A stretch of 64,000 bases of DNA from Mobula hypostoma (lineage: Eukaryota), in the NCBI RefSeq assembly GCF_963921235.1, contig NC_086102.1, forward strand, positions 163,556,001 to 163,620,000, written 5' to 3'. Within the stretch, counting starts at the first letter, position 1; every line of letters starts with the position of its first letter. The translations under genes and the position numbers were made by a program. Positions 46,411 to 60,031 of the stretch are shown piece by piece. The notes below the pieces were generated by a model. The model saw only the letters and a list, made by a program, of their open reading frames with translations, had not been told where the DNA came from and ran no database searches.

Positions 46411-47470
46411 TCGTAGTTGCACCACAAGGCTGTGTGCTTAGCTCCCTGCTCTACTCACTTCACACATGACTGTCTGGCGAAGTACAGCTCTAATGCCTTT
46501 TTCAAGTCTGACAGCAGCACTGTCATAGGCCAAATCAAAGGCGATGGAACGGTATATATGAGGAAGATTGAAAATCTGGCTAAGTGGTGCCACAACAACA
46601 ACCTCTTACTCAATGTCAGCAAGACCAAGGAGCTGTTTTTGACTTCAGGAGGAGGAAACCAGAAGTCCATGAGCCAGTACTCATTAGGGGCATCAAGTTG
46701 GAGAGGGTCACAGCAAATTAAAATTCCTCTGTGTTGTCATTTAGAAAGACCTCCCCGGATCCCAGCACAAGTGTAGTTACGAAGAAAGCAAGGCAGTGCC
46801 TATATTTGCTTAGGAGTTTGCGAAGATTTGGTTTGACATCTATAGAAGCTTGTCAAAGACTTAGATATGTGGAGGAGGGTATATTGAACTGGCTGCATCA
46901 TAGCCTGGTATGAAAACACCAATGCCCTTGAATGGAAAACCCTACAAAAAATAGTGGTTGCCCCCTAGTTTATCAAGGGTAATGCCCTCCCCCACCTTTG
47001 AGCACATCTACATGAAGCATTGTAGCAAGAAAGCAGCATCCATCATCAGGGGCTCCCACTAACCAGGTCATGCTCCCTTCTCACTGTTACCTTCAAAAAG
47101 AAGGTATAGGAGCTTCAGGGCTCACACTACTAGGTTCAGGAATAGTTATTACCCCTCGACCATCAGACTCTTGAGCCAATGGTGATAACTTCACTCCTCC
47201 CATCATTGAAATGTTCCCACAACATAGGCATTCACTTTTAATGACTCTTCATCTCATGTTCTCTACATTTATTGCTTCTATATCTATTATTTTTTTTCTA
47301 TTTGTATTTTCACAGTTCATTGTCTTTTGCATACTGGCTGAATGCCCAAGTTGGTGTGGTCTTTCATTGGTTCTATTATGGTTATAACTCTATTAAGGAT
47401 TTATTGAGTAGGCCTGCAAGAAAATGAATCTGAAATGAAAATGAATGGTGACATTGATAATAAATTTATT
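46411..47470 (+). mobile_element. 5'-truncated Rex1/Babar LINE
   Basis: APQGCVLSSLLYS and THDCLAKYSSN...WCHNNNLLLNVSKTKEL...KKARQCLYLLRSLRRFG. Confidence 0.85.
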
Positions 47471-48579
47471 TGTCTAGGCTTGATCAAGATTAGCTAGCAT
47501 GTTTTTGTGGGACATCACATCTGAAAAATCTTTAGAAGAAGTGGCTGAGGGGATTTCGAAAGACGGGATAGAAGATGGTGTCTGTTTGGACTTAAGTAAG
47601 ACCTTTGACAAGGTCTGCATGACAGGCTGATCTGGAAGGTTGGTTGCATGGGATTCCGGGGCAGCTAGCATGCTGAATTCAGAATTGCCTCCATGATGGG
47701 TAGCAGAGGGTGATGGTGGAAGGTTGATTCTCCAACTGGAGGCCTGTAATTAGTGGGGTGGTTCAGGAGTCAGTGTAGGGACCTCTGTTATTTGTGGATG
47801 TAAATGACTTGGATGTGAATGTGCATGGAATAATTAACAAGTTAGCTGATGGCACTAAATTAGGGAAGTCTTGTTGAAGCGAAGCAAGTTGCAATGAACT
47901 GCAAAGAGAGTTTTTGAGTTATAGAGAATGGCTGAGGAATGGCAAACAGATAAGTTTGAGGGGATACATTTTTGATACTCAAATCAGGATAGGACTGGTA
48001 CATTGGTAGGGAAAGGGTACTGATAAGTGTTGTGGAACAGGAACTGTTGTGGAACTGAAAGTGGCTACACAACTCAACAGGGTCTTGAAGGCGGTTAGCA
48101 TGCTGGCCTTCATCAGTCAGAGCATCGAATTTAGGAGTAGAGGGTGTTACGTTACAGTCATATTTATCATTGGTGAGACTACACTTGGAGTATTATGTAT
48201 CGTTTTGGTCACCTTGTTATAGGAAAGATATTGTCAAGCTGGAGAGGGTGCAAAAGAGATTTAGGAGGAGCGAGGGTGCTGCCTGGTCTAGAGGGCTTGA
48301 GTTATAGAGGAAGAGGTTGGCTACATTGGATCTTTATTCTCTGGAGTTAAGGAGAATGAGAGGTGACCTTATAAGTTTATAGAATTGTAAGAGGTAGACA
48401 GTCATAGTCCTTCCCCATGGCTTGGGAGTCCATAACTAGAGGATATAGATAGAAAAGGGGAAAGGTTTCTAAAGGAATCTAATAGAGGTAACTTCCTTAC
48501 ACAGGGTAGAGAATACCTGGAATGAACCACTAGAGGAAGTGGTTGAGGCAGGTACAATCACAATTCTTTACAGGCATTT

Positions 48580-51500
48580 GTCAGTCCTGGCTATGACTCT
48601 AAACTGCAACTGGTGATGAGGCTCTGATTGGGGAGTTTCAGAGCTTTGGGGAAAGTGGAGTTACCCCTTAGTCATTCATTGCTCCCAGGGCCACTCTGAC
48701 CCGGAACGGTAGCACCTGCAAGGGTTCCTGCTCAGGATACGAGCGAAGGCCAATGGCAGATCCAGCAGGTTCAGTAACTGAACTTATAATGGAGAAGGCG
48801 GATGAGCTATGACCTCAAATATCAAGGGCTATACTATAGGCGGATGAACATTTGGGAAGAGAAATGGTGATTTCTTTAGTTCGCCCAATGGTAGGCAATA
48901 GCAAACCACCGTTGCAATTTGCTAAGAAAACCATGGTCAAACTCACAAAATATATCACACAACAACAGCGTCAAGAGGATCTTCAAGACAACTCTGAAGA
49001 TGTTTCGCTTGGTAGGGTTGATTCTGGCCAGCAGGGGATGGCTGACTGTCATCAAGCTACTCATGAAATTAAAGTAACACAAAAGAAGATTATTGCCACT
49101 TGGAATGTAAGAACCCTATATTAAGCAGGAAGATTGGACAATGTGATAAATGAAATGGAAAGACTAAAGATTAACATCATGGGAATTAACAAAGTTCCTT
49201 GGGTAGGTGCTGGAACATGTCAGATTAGAAGTAAAACACTGGTTTATTCTTGTGGAACTTCCCATACTAATGGAGTAGGAATTCTTATGGATGAAAACAT
49301 GCAAAAAGTCTTTTAGGACATTGGGCAATATCAGAAAGAATACTCCTTGTTTGATTCAGAGGACAACCATTTGATTTAGCAATTATATAGGTATATGCGC
49401 CAACAACAGATAGAACAAATGAAGATATAGATAAATTCTATGAAGAGCTTGAACAAGCAAAGAATGGATGCAAATCTCAAGATATCGTTATTGTCATGGG
49501 AGATCTAAACATGAAAGTAGGACAAGGTGCTGATGGAAATACCACAGGAAAATTTGGACTAGGGGAAAGAAATGAAAGAGGTGAGAAATGGGCAGAATGG
49601 TGCAAGATGAATAATCAGGTCATCATGAATACCTGCTTTAAAAACCATCCAAGATGCTTGTGGACCTGGAAAAGTCCAGGTGATAACACTAGAAATCAAA
49701 TAGACTTTATTACTATAAACCAAAGATTTAGAAACTCAGTGACTTAATGCAAAACATATCCAGGTGCTGACTGTAATAGTGACCATAACCCAGCAGTATG
49801 TCATATAAAAGTAAAACTTAAAAAACTAAAGAAGCAAATACCTGAACAATCCCTTGACTACTTCAATTAATTAAAGAAGAAAACTTAAGACAAAAATTGA
49901 CAATTGAGGTGAGGAAAAGATTTCAAAGTCTAGAAATAGAATCTGTTGAAGATGATAGCAATCATTTAGAAATGAAATTTAACTTTCTAAAGGATGCCTT
50001 GGTAGAATCAGCAAAGTCAGTGATTCCTAAAAAAGAAAAAAGCACAAAGAATAAATGGATGACAGATGAAATTAAAAAAAATCTAATGGAAGAAAGGAGA
50101 CGGAAGAAAGCAAATCTTATAGAATACAAGTCCTTAGATTAAAAAAAGTTAAAAGCCCATGTCAAAAAGCCAAAGAAGAATGGTTAAACCAGGAATGTGA
50201 GCAAATAGAAAGAATCCCTATTACTGATCCAAAAAGGTTACATCAACAAATCAAGAATATCACTGGTAAAAAGCTCCTCTGTTCTTCAGGTGGATGTTTG
50301 AAAGCAAAGGACGGTACCATTATCATGGAAAAAGATGAGATTATGAACAGATGGACTGAGTATATTCAGGAATTATTTGAAGACGATCGAGGTGAAAAAC
50401 CAGAAATTAAGATAAACATTGAAGGTCCAAGTATTTTAAAATATGAAGTTCGTAATGCAATAAATAAGATGAAGAAAGGAAAGGTAGCAGGTCCTGAGAT
50501 GAATTAGTAATAGAACAAATTGTTGCCCTTGAAGATTATGGAATTGAAAAACTTACTGATTTAATCAGTGACATTTATGAGACTGGAATAATACCAGAAG
50601 AGATGAAAAAATCAGTATTTATCACTCTTCCTAAGAAAGCTGGAGCAATAGAATGTGAATTACATAGGACCATAAGTTTAATGAGTCATATCACCAAGAT
50701 ACTTGTAAGAATTTTGATGACGAGCTAAAAGTAAGATAGAAGCTGAAATAGACGAAGAACAATGTGGTTTTGTGAAAGACAATGGTACAAGGAACGCAAT
50801 ATTGATGTTAAAGGCTGATTTATACTTGTGCGTATCAGCTTACGCCGTAGCCTACACAAGTGGGCTACGCTGTTGTGAGCATTTATACTTGTACGTTGCT
50901 GTGCCTGCGTCTCTCTGCAATTCGCACACGTCACGCATGTGCACACACCTGCCCGTGCAAGGCTTCATGGTCATGGTAGTCTTTCTCGGGGTAAACAAGT
51001 TTAAAGTGAGCGTCTTTTTTCATAGAAGCGAAATGTGTTCTCCATCATTTCGGAGGTCTGTAAAGCTTTATGGAAAGCATTGCAGCCAGAGTCCCTTCCC
51101 TGCCCTTCAGTCGCCCAATGGGAAGCTATTGCAGCGTAGGAGGAAATGCGATGCTACCAAGCTGACCAATCACAGTTTTTGTAGTCTGCATTGCTGTGAT
51201 GCGCAGTTACATTTTGGGAGAGGTGCGTGTCAGGCATAAGGATCAGCGTAGGCACTGCGTAGGGTTCGTGGCTGCGCCGTACCTACACATCATCAATTTA
51301 ACGCACAAGTATAAATCAGTCTTAAGGATGCTATCAGAATGAGCTATTCAAGTGCAAAAAAATTTGTTTGTTTTTTCGACTACACAAAAGCATTTGATGA
51401 AGTGAAGCACTAAGTTATTTGAAATATTATGGAAAGTTCTAGATCTAGATTCGAAAGACTTCCGCCTAATCAGAAATCTGAACTGGGAACAAACTGCCGC

Positions 51501-52447
51501 CGTAAGAAGAGATGGAGAAGTGAGTCAGTTTACGAAAATCAAGAGAAGTGTTAGACAAGGGTGTGTTTTCTCCCCTGATTTATTTAATGTGAACAGTGAA
51601 ACAATATTACAAAAAATAAGAGACATCTTGGGAATCAAAGTTGGCGGTGAAAACATCAATAATTTCAGATATGCAGATGACACTGTTAATTGCAAGGAAG
51701 AACTACAAAACTTAATTGATATAATTGATGTAATTGTTGAAGAAAGTGCAAAAATGGGTCTATCTATCAATTGCAAAAAGACAGAATGTATGGTGATATC
51801 CAAAAAGAAGGAGAATCCCATCTGTAGGCTGAGAATAAATGGGGAAGACATAAAACAAGTACAGAACTTTTGCTGCTTAGGAAGCTGGGTGACGTCAGAT
51901 GGCAGGTGCGACTTGAACATCAAAAGAAGAATAGGGATGGCAAAAGACACCTTTGCGAGAATGAAGAGTATACTGACCAATGCTAAACTAGGTATGACAA
52001 CCGGCCTCAGAGTACTGAAATGTTATGTTTATCCAGTTATGTTATATGGCTCAGAATGTTGGACAATATCTAGTAACATGAGGAAACAAATTGTAGCAGC
52101 AGAAATGTGGTTTTTGAGGAGAATGCAAAGAATATCATGGACGAAACAAATATCTAATGAGGATGTCATGAACAGAGCAAGCACAAATACAGAAATGTAT
52201 GAGATCATGAAAAGGCAATGTAACTTCATTGGACATGTGATTAGGAAAGAGGAGTTAGAATGCACGGTAATTATGGGAAAGATTGAAGGGAAGAATGCAA
52301 GAGGAAGACGAAGACAAATGATGATGGAGACAGCAGCCAGAGAATTGGAAATGAATACCAATAAATTGATCCACTTGACCCGAAACAGGAGTGTGTGGGC
52401 CATGGCAGTCAAAGCTCAAACTGGGCATGGCACCTGATGATGATGAA
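48580..52447 (+). mobile_element. Apparently full-length but disabled RTE-clade LINE
   Basis: APE motifs IATWNVRTL, MGDLN and NQIDFI; RT motifs RQGCVFSPDLFN and FRYADD; LYGSECW; (TGA)n tail. TSD AGGCATTT at 48572-48579 and 52448-52455. Several stops and frameshifts. Confidence 0.93.
50812..51322. mobile_element. PIF/Harbinger-type MITE inside the RTE ORF
   Basis: 22-bp TIRs AGGCTGATTTATACTTGTGCGT and ACGCACAAGTATAAATCAGTCT; TAA TSD at 50809-50811 and 51323-51325. Removing it restores ILMLRMLSE in the RTE frame. Confidence 0.88.
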
Positions 52448-53691
52448 AGGCATTTTACAGTTCCATAGAGAGAAGGGGCTGAGAGGTTTATGGACCAAAT
52501 GTGGGCACCTGGGACTAGCAGGGAAGGTCCTCTGGTTGGCATTGACAAATATGGCAGAATGGCATTATTTTAACTGTATGACAGAAAAACAATCCAGCAC
52601 TTGAAATTTGGTGCCGAACTTTCTCATTTTCCAGACTATTTGATTTACTGCTAATTAATACCCAGAATTTTCTTTTTTTGTGTTACATCATATAATACAT
52701 TTTCTGGTGCACAGTGTGTTTAAGAGGAGCAGGAAAATGTACAAGCACTCTCACTCTCACTCAGGCTGCAAACCTACCTGCTTTCCAGATTCTAAGCTTG
52801 AGTCGCAAGACCGGCCTGTGGTCTGGACCACTGTCGCAGTCACACTCTTAAATCCCTGACTCTGGCTGCATACTTCTGTTGTATTCTGAACCCCTGGGTC
52901 GCATTCTAGACGAATGGGCATCTGTGGAATTCATTGCTACAGACAACTGTGGAGATTAAGTCATTGCGTATATTTAAAGCAGAGGTTGATAAGTTCTAAT
53001 TAGTAAGGACATCAAAGGTGACGGGGAGAAGGCACAAGTGTGTGTTAATTCAGATTTTGTGTCAAACAGTCTTATGGAATTGTAAGGGTTTCTGAATAAT
53101 TGAATGCTGGATTATCAGTCTTTAATATCCTGAATACAAAATAAATCCATGCAGGTGTTCTCAGGGAAATACATCAGTCTTTTTGATGGCAGCTCCATCT
53201 TGGATTTTAGTTTTATAAGCTTTTCACTTGAGCTTTTATTGTGCCATCTATGTTCATTTTTCCCCTTTCTGTCCTTGTGAATAGTAAACATAGTGTTAAT
53301 CAAAGTGAAATCTAGGTCTGACGTCAAGAATTAATATTCATAAATAATACTTGCTGTTTTTTAGTTGTCAACTTGTTACCATGAAAAGATATGGTTATAA
53401 ACTTTTCACTAGTGTCGTCTACTATTGGCTTTATTAAGTTTGTATTATCATTATGTATTAATAATACTTAGATAATATCTATGTACATTTTTTATTTTAT
53501 TCCATCACAAAATGATTGTATCTTGATCATTGGGTGATTTGCTGTTATACCCAAGCCAGCTGGTGAGTGGTCCCACCTAGTGTAAAAGAAACAAACTTTT
53601 ATAGTGTTGAACTAGAATATTTATCATGTGAAAGCTATTATATGAACATGTTCTTTTGTATTTTTTACATTTCTTTTTATCTTTAATTCAG

Positions 53692-53733
53692 GCAAAGCCT
53701 TCCACTGTAGAAATATTGGAAAAAATTGACAAG
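53692..53733 (+). CDS. lnpk: Lunapark, second coding exon (42 nt)
   Basis: Long polypyrimidine tract then TTCAG|GCA AAG CCT TCC ACT GTA GAA ATA TTG GAA AAA ATT GAC AAG|GTACCG = AKPSTVEILEKIDK (human TKPSTVEVLESIDK), phase 0 at both ends. Confidence 0.92.
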
Positions 53734-55271
53734 GTACCGTCCTTCATTTTTTTCATTTTTCATTCAAATGTATAAATGGTGTAAATGTGAAAAAGTTGTG
53801 ATGTAGTGGCTGCTAAGTGACAAACAATCCAGATCCTGAAATTCAAATTGCAACCAACAATTTGCAGTCTGTCACTAATTTGGTATTTAAACAAAATTAA
53901 GTAATGAAGTCTGCAAAAATAGTAGATTGTCAACAACAACAAAACAAAATTTGGTGCACTGATTTCTTCTGGGGAGGTGATTTGCTATCTTTGTGCAGTC
54001 TAGCCTTAATGTGACTGCTGATCCACCTATATGGTTGGCTTTGAAATGGCTTCGAGCAGACTACTTGAATAGAGAAGCAAGTCATTAGACGGTGAAATAT
54101 AACAAAGTTCACAAATAAGATGTCACTTGTAGTTTGGGATTAGGCTAACTCAGTTCAATGGGCCCTCTTCAACCAGCCACCAAAATATACCAGAGAATAT
54201 TGCTTGACATTTCCAGTTTTTTTGAGTTTGGAGATGATGTTTGATTTCAGCAGATAACACTGTTTTACTTAAACTATTCTTTTGTAAGTGATTGGGAGAG
54301 AAGCTTGTAACTATTGGGTTTTCACCAAAGTAAGTACTGTTTCTGTGCAGAAGGCAAGACAAATAAGATTTTGTGTATATGCAAATAAGAGTAAGCTTTC
54401 AAGTTTTATTACTGTACAGTGTCCTATTGTTTGGACCTGTCTTATCAATTAATGAGACATCAGTGCTCTTGAACACAATTTAAACAAAAACATAGAGTAG
54501 TCAGACTGCAAACAGAATGCTGAAAATAAGCTTGAAGCTTTGTCATTTGGCTTGCCGGAATTTGCATTTGCTTTGTTAGTGCCAATGAAGTGAGGTTGCA
54601 ACGACAGCTGATGTTTATTATGATAGCAGAGAATGCAATTTAACAGGTATAAAAATAGCTTCAGCCTCATCTATTTATAATCTGAGGTGGAGCATACGCA
54701 GATTCTGGGAGGAAACCCTAAGTGATTATGAAGAACTCTGAATGTAGCTACACCTGAAATGCAGTTGCTCAGGGAGGATAAAAGGAAAGCCCATGTGTCA
54801 GAATTGTTAGGATTTTTAAAAAGGTATATAGCAGTAACCAGTTGATCTAAATGTCTTGTTTATGTGTTTATCTGAATTTGTGATTAGTACTAAGTGGGGG
54901 TGACAGAAAATAGTATTGTGTTTGGTTTGGTGATTATAGGATATTTGGTAACGTCTGGTGACTCAAGCTGGTTTTTGTTTGCTGGTGAGAAGTAAGAACG
55001 GGCAAATTGAAAGCAAGGATAGAAACTTTACAGTGAAAACCTTGGTGAAAGGGGAACAGTTGGCATCCATCTGTCTAGAAGGACAATGGGTGATGATCAT
55101 TATCACAAGTCTTGGAAGATATGAAGATTCTGAGATGCCCAGTCGCCAAGATGCCCTCTCGGCCTCACCAGTGTGGTCCAAAGGAAAGCTTATGAAGCAA
55201 TATGTTTGGCACCAGCTTGGCTGCAGGAGCTGCTGGAAGGATGTTCAATGACGTGCAGTTGCCTTAGGGGG

Positions 55272-56690
55272 CAAGGAAGCAAAAAGGAAATTATAGACCT
55301 GTTAGCTTGACATCAGTGGTTGGGAAGTTGTTGGAGTTGATTGTCAAGGATGAGGTTAGAGAGTACCTGGAGGCATATGACAAGATGGGCAGAACTCAGC
55401 ATGGATTCCGTAAAGGAAAATCCTGCCTGACAAACCCATTACAATTTTTTGAGGAAATTACAAGTAGGCTAGACAAGGGAGATGCAGTGAATGTTGTATA
55501 TTTGGATTTTCAGAAGGCCTTTGACAAGGTGCCACACATGAGGCTACTTAACAAGATAAGAGCGCATGGAATTATGGGAAAATTACATACGTGGATAGAG
55601 CGTTGGCTGATTGGCAGGAAACAGAGTGGGAATAAAGGGATCCTATTCTGGTTGGCTGCCGGTTACCAGTGGTGTTCCACAGGGGTCCATTTTGGGGCCG
55701 CTTCTTTTTACATTGTACATCAATGATTTGGATTATGGAATAGATGGCTTTGTGGCTAAGTTTGCTGACGATACGAAGATAGGTGGAGGGGCTAGTAGTG
55801 CTGAGGAAACGGAGAGTCTGCAGAGAGACTTGGGTAGATTGGAAGAATGGGCAAAGAAATGGCAAATGAAATAACAATGTTGGAAAGTGTATAGTTATGC
55901 ACTTTGGCAGAAGAAATAAACGGGCAGACTATTATTTAAATAGGGAAAGAATTCCAAATTCAGAGATGCAACGGGTCTTGGGAGTCTTTGTACAGGATAC
56001 CCTTAAGGTTAACCTCCAGGTTGAGTCGGTGGTGAAGAAGGCGAATGCAATGTTGGCATTCATTTCTAGAGGAATAGAGTATAGGAGCAGGGATGTGATG
56101 TTGAGGCTCTGTAAGGCGCTGGTGAGATCTCACTTGGAGTACCGTGGGCAGTTTTGGTCTCCTTATTTAAGAAAGGATGTGCTGACGTTGGAGAGGGTAC
56201 AGAGAAGATTCACTAGAATGATTCCAGGAATGAGAGGGTTAACATGTGAGGAACGTTTGTCCGCTCTTGGACTGTATTCCTTGGAGTTTAGAAGAATGAG
56301 GGGAGACCTCATAGAAACATTTCGAATGTTGAAAGGCATGGACAGAGTGGATGTGGCAAAGTTGTTTCCCATGATGGGGGAGTCTAGTACGAGAGGGCAT
56401 GACTTAAGGATTGTAGGGCACCCATTCAGAACAGAAATGCGAAGAAATTTTTTTAGTCAGAGGGTGGTGAATCTATGGAATTTGTTGCCACGGGCAGCAG
56501 TGGAGGCCAAGTAATTGGGTGTATTTAAGGCAGAGATTGATAGGTATCTGAGTAGCCAGGGCATGAAAGGTTATGGTGAGAAGGTGGGGGAGTGGGACTA
56601 AATGGGAGAATGGATCAGCTCATGATAAAATGGCGGAGCAGACTCGATGGGCCAAATGGCCGACCTGCTCCTTTGCCTTATGGTCTTATG
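55272..56690 (+). mobile_element. 5'-truncated CR1 LINE
   Basis: ORFs 55307, 55611 and 55897: LDFQKAFDKVPH, SGVPQGSILGPLLF, KFADDTK, YSLEFRRMRGDLIE; TTATGG-repeat tail. Confidence 0.93.
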
Positions 56691-58984
56691 GCTCCCCTCT
56701 GAATTTGCAGTCTAGGTTTACTCCCTTTACCTTCATCTCTCCCAAGGCTGCACACAAGGCAGTGGGACTATTTACCCATAGCTGGGAATCTGGTTCACGA
56801 GCACCAAGGCTTGTCCAGCTTGGTGCTACGTGTGCAGGGGCCAGACCTCCTCCCCATCCTCTGTGATTAAGACTGAGTCCAAAAGTTCTGTTTTCGTGTG
56901 TTGCTGCAAAGAGGTACTACATGAGGTTTGCTGTTGGAGAGGCTATGTACTGGCAGGGAGAGACTTACACATTCATCTCTCCTTTTCATAAGCCAGAAGT
57001 GGAAGCTGAAAGTGAGAGTGACGAACACTACCCACTACCTAACACACCAGAGGCATCACAATAACCATTTTGACATGAGTATATTCCTAGAGATAAGAAT
57101 AATGGTTAAGCAGAATTTGGTGTTATTTGGAATAAACAAGTACATGAGCTTGGGTTCATGGAGAATGGAAAATGAGAGTTGGCCAGGAAGAATTAATTCG
57201 CTACCCATAGAGCAAAGCATGGGTGAAGTTTACATGAATAAGTATACTGACACCGAGAGGCAGTGGCATGGACGACTTTGAAGTGGCTGTTCAGCTTGGG
57301 ATCTAAGACCACAGGGTTGAAAACAATATGGATAGTGGCTAGGAAAGAATACAGTTTTGATGAGAACTCAGTGCATTATTTAAGCTCAGCAGAAATGGAA
57401 ATTGGAAAATAATTGGAATAAAAGTAGTTAAAGGGTTAATAGATGCCACTGAAATTAAATTTTCTCTTCTAGCTCTATGATTAGAAACTTGATGCAATAC
57501 TTTCAGGGAGTTCATTTGTGAATGGTAATAAGGATTAATATCTCTTTTGGGATTCAGGTTGACAGTATGTGGAAAGCGAATAATTGAAGGAAAGTTTTTG
57601 AAAAATGCTGGTAGTAAAAGATGGAGCCAGGCAAAGGTGGCCCCATTCAGCTAGACAAAGGAGGATAATAGTATGATTAATTGTCAAAGGTCAGTGAGAG
57701 ATCAAGAATGATGAACCATAGACGTACAACATGTTTAGAGGAAGTAATTTGTTCTTAACTATGGGTTCTTTTTAGCGGGGTGGTTGGGGCAGAAATGTGA
57801 CTGCATAGGTGGCAATAATGGATTTGGGTGGTGATATTTTCAAGAACTGTCAAAAGTAAGGAATGTTGGAGATGGTCTTCTGTGGTTTCAAGTTGCAGCC
57901 TTGAGTCTTTTTTTTCCAAAATGGAGAAGTGAAGAGGAAGGGCAAAAACCGAGGAGGGATTTAAAGCTCACTGAGTGTAGATATCAGTTTAAACAATACA
58001 CCATACTTCAGTCATTCATCATCAGATCTGGCCGGTCCATATCAAGTCTCTGTCCAATCTGGCAAGGCTGCTCACTACTCTTGGGTGTTCTCAGAATGGA
58101 AAAAAATAAATTCTTTTCTTTTCTTCACTATCAGAAACCAGTTTCTCTTGCTTCCACACAAGTGTAGGAAGCTTCTGACCTCGATTACCACTATAATTGA
58201 GATTATACAGCTGTCTTTAATTGTATCCTTCCTTCCTTCCTGTTGTTTTTTTAAATTTCCATGAAGGTTCAGGTATCCGAGACAAACCCTTTTTTTTCTC
58301 CAATGTCTCATTCTGCATTCTTACCTTCAAGGCCAACTGGTCACCACCTAGCTTCTGTACTCAAAAGTTTTTGAACTGCTGATTTATGTCCTTGCAACTT
58401 TGCTAATAATTGATGAAAGCAGGTGAGAATTTTGATATGGGCTGAGGAGGAGGAGTGAATAAAGATGAGTGAAAGAGCATTAAGAAGAAAATAAGCATGT
58501 ATGGATTGCATGTTACTATAATATGAAAGGCTGAAAGTGATGAAACCAGGAAGAACACAGTCAGCAGAATGCAATTGCAACACTGAATTTGCAGTTTTCT
58601 AAAAACTATTTGTAATGATCCTTTTGCAGATGAAAGAGCAATGTGTACTGAAGGAATGCAGAACAATTCACTGAATTTGAAATGCATTGGAACAGAAAAT
58701 AGGTCCTTTATACAAATTTCTTTTTAGAGTTGATTAACTTCTGATGCATCTCCATTTTAGATTGTGATAGTGCTTCTATTCTCCCTAATTTAAAAATGCT
58801 GCATTCACAATTGTGGTATCAGTCTTTTTTATTTTCATCCTTTTTATCATGCCTGTCTTCATTGTCTGTTCTGTCTAGTTAAGTGCACTTACATTTATTA
58901 AAACATGTGCCGATCTCTTAATCTACTCTTAAGATCGATCTAACCCTTCCCTCTCTTCCCTCATGAGATCTCGGTGTTCTTGTA

Positions 58985-59668
58985 CATCAGTCACTGAAAG
59001 CAAGTATGCAAGTACAGCAGTAGTGAAAAAAGCTAATGGCATGCTGGCCTTCATAACAAGTGGAATTGAGTGTAAGAGCAAAGAGGTCCTTCTGCAGCTG
59101 TACAGGGCCCTGGTGAGACCACACCTGGAGTACTGTGTGCAGTTTTGGTCTGCAAATTTGAGGAAGGACATTCTTGCTATTGAGGGAGTGCAGTGTAGGT
59201 TCGCAAGGTTAATTCATGGGATGGCGGGACTGTCATATGTTGAAAGATTGGAGTGACTGGGCTTGTATACTCTGGAATTTAGAAGGCTGAGAGGAGATCT
59301 TAATGAAACATATAAGATTATTAAGGGATTGGACACGCTGCAGGCAGGAAGCACGTTCCCGCTGATGGGTGAGTCCAGAACCAGAGGCCACAGTTTAAGA
59401 ATTAGGGGTAGGCCATTTAGAACGGAGTTGAGGAAAAACTTTTTCACCCAGAGAGTGGTGGATATATGGAATATGGCTGTGGAGGGCAAGTCTCTGGATG
59501 CTTTCAAAAAAGAGATGGATAGAGCTCTTAAAGATAGCGGAATCAAAGGTTATGGGGATAAGGTAGGAACTGGATACTGATTGTGGATGATCAACCATGA
59601 TCACAGTGAATGGCGGTGCTGGCTCGAAGGGCCGAATGGCCTACTCCTGCACCTATTGTCTATTGTCT
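58985..59668 (+). mobile_element. CR1 LINE 3' fragment
   Basis: ORFs 58963-59256 ([13 protein letters not shown]) and 59263-59580; (CTATTGT)n tail. Confidence 0.92.
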
Positions 59669-60031
59669 CTCATATACTCCTCCATATTTCTTTCATCCAT
59701 GAGCCCATCTAAGTCTCTTAAATGTTCCTAATGTATCTGCCTCTATTTCTCACGCTGCTAGTGTATTTCATGCACTTGAGACTCTCTATCTATTTTAAGA
59801 AAAACTATCTCCGACATACCCCCATGGTTTCCTCCAATCACCTTAAAATTAATGGCTTCTCGGATGAGTCATTGTTACTCTTGCAAAAAGATGCTGGCTG
59901 ACCACTCTATCTTTGCCTCCTATCACCATGTAAACCTCTATCAAGTCACTTCTTCATCTTCCTTTGCTCCCTAGGAGGTGAACCCTAGCTTGCTCAATCT
60001 TTCCTCATAAGACATGTTCTCTAATCGAGTC

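Larger units (their letters stand above)
45180..52580 (+). mobile_element. Old CR1 LINE fragmented by Tc1, Rex/Babar and RTE insertions
   Basis: Colinear pieces: GDFNF..IDW (~45345), PEDWKVANVLPLFKKG..NYKP (~46270), KTFDKV and GVVQESV (47590-47790), YSLELRRMRGDL (~48335), and a 3' end resuming at 52448. Confidence 0.8.
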
